Shown here piece by piece: positions 9,326 through 16,795 of a stretch of DNA of 64,000 bases. Position 1 is the stretch's first letter, and the number at the start of each line of letters is the position of its first letter. The notes under the pieces are model-generated. The model saw nothing but the letters and a program-made list of their open reading frames with translations, searched no databases and had not been told where the DNA came from. The DNA is from Patescibacteria group bacterium (GTDB lineage Bacteria > Patescibacteriota > Patescibacteriia > UBA1558 > GWA2-36-10), in NCBI GenBank assembly GCA_018819405.1, contig JAHJQF010000001.1:290097-354096 (forward strand), written 5' to 3'. The translations under genes were made by a program, and so were the position numbers.

Positions 9326-9517
9326 ATGTCAGTATCAGAGGAGAGGAAATTGCTCGAGAAGATCATCCGAGCGAAGGTTCGCTTGGAAGACATGAAGGTC
9401 GAGCACAAGGAGGCTTGCCCTGCCGAAGATCCATTGATGGCAGGACAGTGCACCTGTGGTGCCGATACCCTGAACGGCCAGATCAACGCCGTTCTCCGCG
9501 AACTCTCTCTCGACTAG
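9326..9517 (+). CDS. small high-GC protein (63 aa), opposite strand
   Basis: Strong RBS, ~58% GC, CxC...C motif. Terminator at 9541-9571. Confidence 0.5.
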   Translation: MSVSEERKLLEKIIRAKVRLEDMKVEHKEACPAEDPLMAGQCTCGADTLNGQINAVLRELSLD

Positions 9518-9540
9518 TGGGACAGACTCAGTCCTGTCTC

Positions 9541-9571
9541 GGCGCTCTGCAACTGCGGGGCGCTTTTTTTT
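9541..9571 (+). terminator. rho-independent terminator
   Basis: GGCGCTCTGCAACTGCGGGGCGC followed by T9. Confidence 0.6.
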
Positions 9572-9585
9572 ATTTTTCTCTCCTA

Positions 9586-9616
9586 CTTCACCAGATACGC
9601 GGTGTTAGCTGATGTA
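9586..9616. repeat. Site-B copy 8
   Basis: CTTCACCAGATACGCGGTGTTAGCTGATGTA. Confidence 0.7.
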
Positions 9617-9663
9617 TTCCTTTTCTAGAATTTACTTTTTAAATATTTAAATTTCTTTTTTCA

Positions 9664-9710
9664 ATTTGGGCGAAGGGCAGAGGGGATTAAGGGGTGAATG
9701 CCCGAGCCCA
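9664..9710 (+). repeat. G-rich element copy 1 (GGGCGAAGGGCAGAGGGGATTAAGGGGTGAATGCCCGAGCCC)
   Basis: Four G-tracts with loops of 7 nt or fewer, a canonical G-quadruplex motif, on the plus strand. Starts with the AATTTGGGCGA box like the Site-A 3' end. Confidence 0.6.
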
Positions 9711-9716
9711 AAAAAG

Positions 9717-12290
9717 TTATCTATTTTCAGAAAAACGTATATCTCTTGCATGCAACATTGTTTTTAGGCTTTCAGTAAATTTTAAGGATTCTTTTAGTGC
9801 TTCCTTCTTTGTATCTCCTTTTGGAATTGGAATTAAGAAGTATTCATTCCAAGCGTCTGTTTTTAATTCAGGTTGACTGGCTGTCTGAGCTAAATAATAT
9901 CCTTGTTTTTTGCATAAATCGCTTCTTAACGAATACCATAACAGCATACTTTCTTCTAAATTTTTTGTTTTAAATACCCAAAAGCCAGATGTACAAATAA
10001 AATTTTCCATTTCTTTTGGTACCAGCATAACAGTTCCTCGTGAACTAATGTTTATCGCCATTAGAACATCATTTTCTTGAATTTTGTATTGTCCACGCGA
10101 TGGTAGGTTTTCAAAATTGTCAGTTAAGTAGTTTATTGGCAAGCCATAGTCAGTTACGTCACTAATTTCAATATAATGAAATTGTTTGTTTTTAAATTCA
10201 TTTTTTTGCAGGCCATTAATTTTAGCTCTTTTTTTTACGTCTATACCTTTTTTAATTTCAATTTTATCTTTGTCGGCGAGCTCTAAAATTTTATTCCAGG
10301 TATTTTTTAACTCAGGCGCATAGAAAAAAGCATCTAATCTATCAATTATTAATTCTTCTGGTGGAGTAATCCAAATTTGTTCCGGACATTCTAAGTTTTC
10401 ATTTTTGTTTTGATTTTCTTTAATTGTTGGTTTCAGTATCCCTGTTCGTTTCCATTCTAAATAAGATACTAAAATATCAGTTAAATTATTACGCTCTAAG
10501 GTGTCTCTGAGGGAGTTGTCGTGTCCAATATTATTACTTATAGACATAAAAATGTGACTTTGTCGTTCATCATCATTTTGTTTTTTCCGTAGATGTAAAA
10601 TTGACGTTTTTATATTTGCCTTTGCCTTGAAGAATGCGTTAAATGGTAAAGAATGAACTCCTAAAATTATAAATTTATCTACTATCCAGTTTCGAACATT
10701 TTGTTGATTTTTCCCGTTTAATACTGTGTCGTCAAGAACCAGTAATATTTCGCCACCTGATTTCAGTAATTTCCAATATCGATCCAAAAATAAAATATTT
10801 GATTTTGCACTTTTCATCCCGTCTGCAATATGGCGCTGGTCTAATATATCTGTTTCATCTTCATTATTTCTGTCATACACCATGCTAAACGGAGGGTTTG
10901 TTAGTACCAAGTCAAAGCTATTTTCCATGATTTTTGTTTGCATTGCTTCAATTTCAGATTTTCTTTCATCTTTCATGTCTTCTGCAATTTTTGGAAAATC
11001 GTCCAATCCATCGCCGTGAAATATGTGACTACCACCATCGCCGTGTAAATACATATTAATTCTAGCAATTCTTGCAACACGTTCATTTGCTTCAATGCCA
11101 AATAATTGTTCATTACAGATCTTGTTTTTAATTATTTCTTTTTCTGTATTACTAAAGCGTGTATCATCTCTCAATCCAGATAATAAATAAGCCATAACTT
11201 CAATGAGAAAACCAGCTGTTCCTGCACATGCATCCATAACTTTTGGCGGATTTTTAATATCCACATTACATAAGGCAATTCGGGTCATAAAGTCAACAAC
11301 TGGTCGGGGTGTAAAATATTGCCCCAATGCTCGTCCTCTTACGGCAGCGTTTAAGAACACTTCAAACATTCGTCCGTTAAGGTCTTCATCAATTGAGCTA
11401 AGATTAATTTTTTCAAATATTTTTATTAGATCTTGGCAGGTGGAGGCACTCAATTTAAAAGTTTCATTTTCTTCAAAAATTCTACGTTTTTTGTCTCTAT
11501 GTATTGCAGCTTCTAAATCGTCTCGTAATTTATTAAAAAGAATGTCTCGCACAGGATGTTTTGATGTTGATTTTTGAGCATCTAACCACTCGCTGGTAAG
11601 TGGAATTTTATATGTTGGGATGTCTTCATTATTTTGTCCTCTTTTTTTATCCTCATTAATCTTAATGAATATAAATTTACAAAATTCAAAAAAAGCATCA
11701 GTAGGGCTAAGTTTTTCCCTCTTCCAAATTAAATCATGCGTTTGCTGAAAGATTTTATTCAATTCGTCAGGCGAAACGATTTCAAATTTTAATCCATCAC
11801 CGTGCACTACTTCATCAGCAGTTTTATACTTGATATAACTTCTTAGATTGGTATAGGCTGGTGAACCACTGGCAAAATCTGATAACTGTAATGTTACGAT
11901 TGGTGTACTGCTGTCCCATTTGAATAACGAAGTTATAAAACCATTACTGATTAATAACCACTTGACCTTTTCTTTGTCTAATTTATCTCGGTTATAACTA
12001 AGAGCATAGCTTGCAGCTTGTCCCCATGCTTCGTTTATGGATTTATTTGGATCCTTAGCCTCTACTACTACTTTTGCATTTCCATTGCTACCAAGTAATA
12101 AAAAATCTATTTCAATTTTTATTTTTTTGGATCCATCATTAGCCATCAAATTAAGGAGTCTTTTTTTGGGGATAACAGATTGATCTGTATAGCCGAGATC
12201 ATTAAATAATTTTGCCAAGAGCCTAGTTTCTACCTCGGCTTCGGTTTTTAAGTCTTTTAAATTAAGTTGAAATAGAGTACTTTGGCTCAT
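9717..12290 (-). CDS. Type IIG-like restriction-modification enzyme / N6-adenine DNA methyltransferase with HsdR-N-type N-terminal domain
   Basis: Motif I DACAGTAGFL, motif IV LTNPPF, an HsdM-like helical domain, an N-terminal Type-I-R N-terminal-like domain and a long C-terminal extension. 857 aa. Confidence 0.7.
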   Translation of the reverse strand: MSQSTLFQLNLKDLKTEAEVETRLLAKLFNDLGYTDQSVIPKKRLLNLMANDGSKKIKIEIDFLLLGSNGNAKVVVEAKDPNKSINEAWGQAASYALSYNRDKLDKEKVKWLLISNGFITSLFKWDSSTPIVTLQLSDFASGSPAYTNLRSYIKYKTADEVVHGDGLKFEIVSPDELNKIFQQTHDLIWKREKLSPTDAFFEFCKFIFIKINEDKKRGQNNEDIPTYKIPLTSEWLDAQKSTSKHPVRDILFNKLRDDLEAAIHRDKKRRIFEENETFKLSASTCQDLIKIFEKINLSSIDEDLNGRMFEVFLNAAVRGRALGQYFTPRPVVDFMTRIALCNVDIKNPPKVMDACAGTAGFLIEVMAYLLSGLRDDTRFSNTEKEIIKNKICNEQLFGIEANERVARIARINMYLHGDGGSHIFHGDGLDDFPKIAEDMKDERKSEIEAMQTKIMENSFDLVLTNPPFSMVYDRNNEDETDILDQRHIADGMKSAKSNILFLDRYWKLLKSGGEILLVLDDTVLNGKNQQNVRNWIVDKFIILGVHSLPFNAFFKAKANIKTSILHLRKKQNDDERQSHIFMSISNNIGHDNSLRDTLERNNLTDILVSYLEWKRTGILKPTIKENQNKNENLECPEQIWITPPEELIIDRLDAFFYAPELKNTWNKILELADKDKIEIKKGIDVKKRAKINGLQKNEFKNKQFHYIEISDVTDYGLPINYLTDNFENLPSRGQYKIQENDVLMAINISSRGTVMLVPKEMENFICTSGFWVFKTKNLEESMLLWYSLRSDLCKKQGYYLAQTASQPELKTDAWNEYFLIPIPKGDTKKEALKESLKFTESLKTMLHARDIRFSENR

Positions 12291-12379
12291 ATTGGTTTAA
12301 TTTAGTTTTTATACTATTTATAATACAAGTATAATTCATTTAAAATAAAAACACAATTCTGAGATATAAATAAATCGTT

Positions 12380-12435
12380 TCCGAAGCGTAGCGGAGGAAA
12401 CATCTGCTCCTGCCGACAGGCAGGTTCCCCTCCTA
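12380..12435. repeat. GC-rich nested hairpin (GGAGG...CCTGCCGACAGGCAGG...CCTCC)
   Basis: Perfect inner hairpin CCTGCC-GACA-GGCAGG nested in a GGAGG/CCTCC outer stem. Begins with the CGAAGCGTAGCGG segment shared with 8367-8386. Confidence 0.5.
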
Positions 12436-12514
12436 AAAAAAGAAAAAGAAATTTGTAATTTTTAAAAATAATTGTTTGTTAAATGCCGAAAAAGAAAAGG
12501 AATATTTCAGCTAA

Positions 12515-12603
12515 CAGACGTGCGTATCTGAAGTTCCGAAGCGAGTGGCGTGGTAAAATTGCGCGGAGCGCACCACGCAAACGAGCGAGGAATTTGGGTG
12601 AGT
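12515..12603. repeat. Site-A copy 9
   Basis: AGCTAACAGACGTGCGTATCTGAAGTTCC arm. Stem GCGTGGT pairs with ACCACGC, loop AAAATTGCGCGGAGCGC. Box GAATTTGGGTGAGTAAG. Confidence 0.8.
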
Positions 12604-12606
12604 AAG

Positions 12607-13065
12607 TTAAATAAAATCTTTATACTGCTCTTCAATAGGAGGATTGGAAAAATAAGCCAATACACTATTACCAGATTCCATTAATTCTATCATTTCAAAA
12701 CCGTCTCTAGGTATTAATTTAAAATTATTTTTGCCCAAATTTTCTTTTTTAAAATTTTCGTAATTTTTCACTGTAAAATCTGCATCGCCCCTTTCTTTTT
12801 TATTAGGATCAAATTCTCTAATTTTTAATACTCTAATAGTTCTTCCTATAGGCTCATTTAATATGAATATAGGGCCACTGTATGTGTCTTTCAATTTTTC
12901 ACCAAATTTTTTTACTTCTTCAATCAATTCCTTATATTCTTCTTCAGTTTGGGCAAAAATACAAGCCCAAGTCGCTATAGCACCATGTTCTTTGGTATAT
13001 TTATCTTTAAGAGCAATAGCTCTCATTAGTATTTCTTGAACGATAATTTTTTTTAAATCTACCAT
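12607..13065 (-). CDS. hypothetical protein
   Basis: 152-aa ORF. Confidence 0.45.
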   Translation of the reverse strand: MVDLKKIIVQEILMRAIALKDKYTKEHGAIATWACIFAQTEEEYKELIEEVKKFGEKLKDTYSGPIFILNEPIGRTIRVLKIREFDPNKKERGDADFTVKNYENFKKENLGKNNFKLIPRDGFEMIELMESGNSVLAYFSNPPIEEQYKDFI

Positions 13066-13087
13066 AGTTTTATAAAGATTTTATTTA

Positions 13088-13124
13088 ACTTACGAACCAG
13101 ATACGCGGTGATAGGTGATGTACA
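13088..13124. repeat. Site-B copy 9
   Basis: ACTTACGAACCAGATACGCGGTGATAGGTGATGTAC. Confidence 0.75.
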
Positions 13125-13182
13125 TTTTTTCTTAAACTTTAAAGAGTTTTATTTCTTAAAAGTAGAATTTGATTTTTATCAA

Positions 13183-13240
13183 TTTTGGCGAGGGCGCAGA
13201 GGGGGTTAGGGGGTGAATGCGCCCGAGCCAAAGGCGCTTT
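13183..13240 (+). repeat. G-rich element copy 2 (GGCGAGGGCGCAGAGGGGGTTAGGGGGTGAATGCGCCCGAGCC)
   Basis: Homologous to 9664-9710. Preceded by an AAGTAGAATTTGA box remnant. Confidence 0.6.
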
Positions 13241-13255
13241 GTCTAATTTATAATT

Positions 13256-14077
13256 TTATTTTGCTTCTACACTTTTTATTATTTGTTTAGTTAACTCATT
13301 AAAGATTACAAAAAACATTTGAGAGTCCTGTGGTTCTAAAAAGATTTTTAATCTTAATTGTTTTTCGGGGTGTATTAGATTTCTATATTCCATTATAGTA
13401 GTGCCTATGTCTTTTGCTGGTTTTCTCACCCAGCCCATAGAGAATGATACATCAATAAAATTACTTAGTGTCCACTCCGATAAATTACGAGGTTTTTTAG
13501 TTTTTGGGTCTATTGGGGTTGTTTTTTGTTTAAAAATAGTACTTTTATCTGTTAATTTATTTATGCGCGCAAGAAAAAATGCTTCCAGTAATCCACCCAT
13601 CATTACTGTGGCAGCAAGAGGTGCTACATTGATGCAGTTTTGGATTTCATCGAAACGACTATATATGATTTGTTGCATGTAGTCATCTTGTACAAGATTT
13701 TCTAATGAAGTAATATTTTTATTTTCTACTTTTGGTTTTTGGTTTGTTATTGTTTCGGATTGCAATTTTATTAGTTTACCTCTTAATCCCTTAATAAGGG
13801 ATAGGTATTTATTTTTACTAGTAGCTGAATGCGACCATTCATTTATTAGTAGATAGTCATCATTAATTTTAGTATATAGTTCAGAATCTACGCATAAAGG
13901 AGAAAAAATATTTTTATATTTTTCGAACCACGCTAAAGAAATTGTTCTTATAAACTCACGTGTAGATTTTGAACGTATTTGATCTCCGCTTTCTTTTCGC
14001 AATATTTTTTTAAGACGTTCAGCTTCATCTAGTAAGGTAATTAAAATATTTGAAATATTGCTGTCGTTAATTGCCAT
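13256..14077 (-). CDS. hypothetical protein
   Basis: 273-aa ORF. Confidence 0.45.
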   Translation of the reverse strand: MAINDSNISNILITLLDEAERLKKILRKESGDQIRSKSTREFIRTISLAWFEKYKNIFSPLCVDSELYTKINDDYLLINEWSHSATSKNKYLSLIKGLRGKLIKLQSETITNQKPKVENKNITSLENLVQDDYMQQIIYSRFDEIQNCINVAPLAATVMMGGLLEAFFLARINKLTDKSTIFKQKTTPIDPKTKKPRNLSEWTLSNFIDVSFSMGWVRKPAKDIGTTIMEYRNLIHPEKQLRLKIFLEPQDSQMFFVIFNELTKQIIKSVEAK

Positions 14078-14088
14078 AGCTAGAGTGA

Positions 14089-14643
14089 TTATTTTTTCTT
14101 TTTAGTATTTCTTACAATTTTTTTTCTTTTCTTTGATGTAGTTGCAGTACTTTCTGTATTTGGAAGAACCATTGCAACAAGATTTTCTCCAACACTGTTT
14201 AATCTGTATGCACCTCTTGAAATATTGTCTAAATACCCAGCTTTAGTTGCATTTACTAAAGTTTGATCTGGACGTTTTATCCTAGTTCTCCCCACAAGTC
14301 TTGTGGCCTCTATTAAATCATTCATTGATATGGTGTCCTTTTTTTCACTTGCTTCAAATTGATAATAGTAGGCAACAGCGGCAGCAAAATGATTATCGGA
14401 AGATGGTTTTTTTCCATCAATAAAAGTTTTTATATCTCTAGATGTTGTATGTTGAGTCGATGCATTTTGAGTTATGTTATTAAGGATATCAGGCTTTATC
14501 TCTTGTGTAATTCCGGGTATATTAATATTTAATTTTTCGCATGCCCATCGCATGGTTTGTAGTTGTTCGTCTTCTGGAAGTGTTTGTATTAAGTTGACGA
14601 TTTCACGCAATACGTCATAGGAATCTTTTTTTTGATCACTCAT
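14089..14643 (-). CDS. hypothetical protein with lysine-rich C-terminal tail
   Basis: 184 aa ending KKRKKIVRNTKKKK. Co-modular with 13256-14077 (11-nt gap). Confidence 0.45.
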   Translation of the reverse strand: MSDQKKDSYDVLREIVNLIQTLPEDEQLQTMRWACEKLNINIPGITQEIKPDILNNITQNASTQHTTSRDIKTFIDGKKPSSDNHFAAAVAYYYQFEASEKKDTISMNDLIEATRLVGRTRIKRPDQTLVNATKAGYLDNISRGAYRLNSVGENLVAMVLPNTESTATTSKKRKKIVRNTKKKK

Positions 14644-14766
14644 ATTGTTTAGTTGTTAGTTAATATTATATTTATTTATTTCAACCCCCTAACTAAAATA
14701 GATAAAAATCAAATTTGTATAATTTAAATTTTAGCTTATCTTAGCCAAAAAGGAAAAATGTATGTC

Positions 14767-14868
14767 ATCTATCAGACGTGCGTATGCGAAGTTCTACTTG
14801 AATTTTATGCTAAAATAGCACGGAGTGCAAGCATAAAATGAAAAGTAGAATTTGGGTGGAGCTGTTTT
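14767..14868. repeat. Site-A copy 10 (duplicate of copy 3)
   Basis: Identical stem-loop ATTTTATGCT-AAAATAGCACGGAGTGCA-AGCATAAAAT. Confidence 0.8.
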
Positions 14869-14929
14869 AGTTTAGTCTAAACTATATAAAAACAGATAAA
14901 TTTTACTTTACCTGTTCTTAAATAATGCT

Positions 14930-14962
14930 TCGCGAAACCGTATACGTAGTGTTGTCTGATGT
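14930..14962. repeat. Site-B copy 10 (degenerate: CGCGAAACCGTATACGTAGTGTTGTCTGATGTCG)
   Basis: Position-equivalent to Site-B copy 3 inside the duplicated composite. Confidence 0.65.
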
Positions 14963-15015
14963 CGAATTTTCTTAGACATTTACTATTATTTAGGGGAATT
15001 TTTGGGTTTTTAAGG

Positions 15016-15044
15016 TTGACAAGATATAGTGTTTATGATATATT
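15016..15044 (+). promoter_or_regulatory. sigma70-like promoter (TTGACA-17-TATATT)
   Basis: Paralogous copy of the promoter at 18-46. Confidence 0.6.
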
Positions 15045-15113
15045 ATTTTGTTAACTAAAATCGGTCAATTCAGGCCATTGGTTGTGTTCCTCAAACTTGG
15101 AAGGAGTAATTTC

Positions 15114-15548
15114 ATGACTACCACCGTTGTTTCCCAGGGTAGCTTGTTCTGGAACAAGCTCGGCAAGTGGCAGATGCTGGCAGTTCTGTTAACTTTGGTG
15201 GTTTTCTTCGTTGCCCTAGGAATGGGTAATAAGGAGACTGCCGGCACCATCTCTGCTCTCACGCTTGCTGCCGTCACTCTGACTGTTCTCACTGTCGCCG
15301 CCCTCGTTCTCGCTGTCCCTTCCGCCGTTCCCTTCGTATTCCTTTTCGCTGCTGCTACTGCCAGCATCGCCTTCGCTTTCGTTAAAGGTGTTGCCATTAT
15401 TCCCGGCATCGCCTTCGCCGTCGCTGAAGGAATTGCTGTCACCCTTGCCGTCGCTGAGGTGAAGAAGTACGGCATCAGGAAGAGGATTGTTTGGTTTTCC
15501 TTCGCGGCGGAGTTTGCGTGTATCGTCCTTCCCATGTCACTGGCTTAG
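15114..15548 (+). CDS. small polytopic membrane protein, high-GC, paralog B
   Basis: N-terminus MTTTVVSQGSLFWNKLGKWQ matches paralog A's MSTAVVSQARLFWRKLGWWQ. C-terminus KKYGIRKRIVWFSFAAEF matches RQYGIKKRVVWLSSTVEF. Alanine- and valine-rich core. Confidence 0.6.
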   Translation: MTTTVVSQGSLFWNKLGKWQMLAVLLTLVVFFVALGMGNKETAGTISALTLAAVTLTVLTVAALVLAVPSAVPFVFLFAAATASIAFAFVKGVAIIPGIAFAVAEGIAVTLAVAEVKKYGIRKRIVWFSFAAEFACIVLPMSLA

Positions 15549-15563
15549 GCCAGCACCCTCCAC

Positions 15564-15597
15564 GAGACCCGGGTTAGAATAGGGTCTCTTTTTTTCC
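15564..15597 (+). terminator. rho-independent terminator
   Basis: GAGACCC-GGGTTAGAATAG-GGTCTC followed by T9. Confidence 0.7.
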
Positions 15598-15664
15598 AAA
15601 AAATTCCCAAACAAAAAACAATCTCTAAAAGATTGTTTTATTATATGAATAGAAAATTCGATTT

Positions 15665-15703
15665 CATACAACAGACCGCCATATGCGAAGTTGCGCAGGC
15701 CGC
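15665..15703. repeat. Site-A copy 11 (truncated variant CATACAACAGACCGCCATATGCGAAGTTGCGCAGGCCGCC)
   Basis: Arm present, no 3' box. Confidence 0.55.
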
Positions 15704-15722
15704 CTACCTTTAACTTAGGCAC

Positions 15723-15968
15723 TTAGTTAATTATAATAGCAATGAATTGTAAACAAAATCCTATACTATATAGAGTGAAGGCTAATAATCCAACCATTTT
15801 ATCTTTTAGATGTTTAATTTGTGTATAATTTCCTTTATCGTCCATTTTTATAATATAATCATCATTAACATTTCTAGTAATGTTAAGATAGGAAATTAAC
15901 AATATTAAAGAAGCTCCAGTATTTATTATTAAGCCAATTAGGTTTAGTATATTTGAAGAATTAGTCAT
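15723..15968 (-). CDS. small membrane protein (81 aa)
   Basis: Two TM helices. Confidence 0.45.
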   Translation of the reverse strand: MTNSSNILNLIGLIINTGASLILLISYLNITRNVNDDYIIKMDDKGNYTQIKHLKDKMVGLLAFTLYSIGFCLQFIAIIIN

Positions 15969-16026
15969 ATTTTATTAGTTAGTTAAAGAATTAGGCCAAG
16001 CAATTTTGGTGAAGCGCCTGACAAGG

Positions 16027-16063
16027 CGCTGAACCGCATATGGGGTGTTAGCTGATGTAAATA
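16027..16063. repeat. Site-B copy 11
   Basis: GCGCTGAACCGCATATGGGGTGTTAGCTGATGTAAAT. Confidence 0.7.
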
Positions 16064-16098
16064 AATTCAACGAGCATAGCGAGTTGTTTAAATGAATT

Positions 16099-16710
16099 TT
16101 ATTTTTTTGGTTTTATTGACCCTAAAACAATATAATAAAAAATTCTTTGTATAAATACGAATATTAGGATTATTATAATATTAGTCAGTAAAAAAGATTT
16201 TAAGAAATTTTCAGAAGAATATACTGGAGTTATATCGAATAGATGGTTGGTGTAACTTATTGGTGAGTTAATAGATTTTTCCTGGTCAATTCTATTTTGC
16301 CACTTTTGATCATCATTACTTGCATCAAATAATGGCTCATCATTTTTTATGTCAAAGTATCTTTGTAAATCGTAGATACTAATGTTTGCTGTAAATTTAG
16401 AATTACATTTTTTTAATATATTTTCTATGGCATATTCATTACTTGGTTCCGAATAAAAAGTTTTATAATTGTAGTTTTTTAAACTATTTTCTAGGCCATA
16501 ATATATTGACAGTTCATTTAATTTATAAGTTACTTTACCAGTGCTTCTATTGCATGTCAGAGTAGATTTTTCTAAGTCTAATTTATTATATTTATTCTGA
16601 AAGACTTCATAATTACCGATGCTAATTGTTATGACAAAAACAATAATAAATATTACTTTTATAAGTCTATACCAAGCCTTATTATTTAGGTTTAAAATGG
16701 TTTTTTCCAT
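16099..16710 (-). CDS. membrane protein (N- and C-terminal TM helices)
   Basis: 203-aa ORF. First module next to the recombinase. Confidence 0.5.
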   Translation of the reverse strand: MEKTILNLNNKAWYRLIKVIFIIVFVITISIGNYEVFQNKYNKLDLEKSTLTCNRSTGKVTYKLNELSIYYGLENSLKNYNYKTFYSEPSNEYAIENILKKCNSKFTANISIYDLQRYFDIKNDEPLFDASNDDQKWQNRIDQEKSINSPISYTNHLFDITPVYSSENFLKSFLLTNIIIILIFVFIQRIFYYIVLGSIKPKK

Positions 16711-16774
16711 ATTTATTAAGGTTAAAAAATAAAATTCATTTAAATATTCGGCGTTAGCCGAATAAAGTTATTTA

Positions 16775-16795
16775 TTTCAGCTAACAGTGTGTTTG
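16775..16795. repeat. Site-A half-site next to the recombinase gene (ATTTCAGCTAACAGTGTG)
   Basis: Only the conserved TTTCAGCTAACAG core is present. Lies 70 nt upstream of the recombinase ATG. IR ATTCGGC-GTTA-GCCGAAT at 16747-16764 and a TTGACA at 16831 are in the same intergenic region. Confidence 0.5.

Noticed and set aside
9205-9612. ORF 9205-9612(+), 135 aa
   Set aside because: It spans Site-A, the promoter, the RBS-supported small ORF 9326-9517 in another frame, and the terminator. No RBS. Spurious.
651-16063. Calling the elements canonical integron attC sites and the recombinase IntI
   Set aside because: The RYYYAAC/GTTRRRY cores are only partially matched (ACCCAAC and GTTAGGC in some copies, not all). 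The R''-L''/L'-R' geometry cannot be laid out convincingly. The recombinase is 288 aa, XerC/D-like, with no sign of the IntI-specific extra domain. It is reported as integron-like or pdif-like, not as a bona fide integron.
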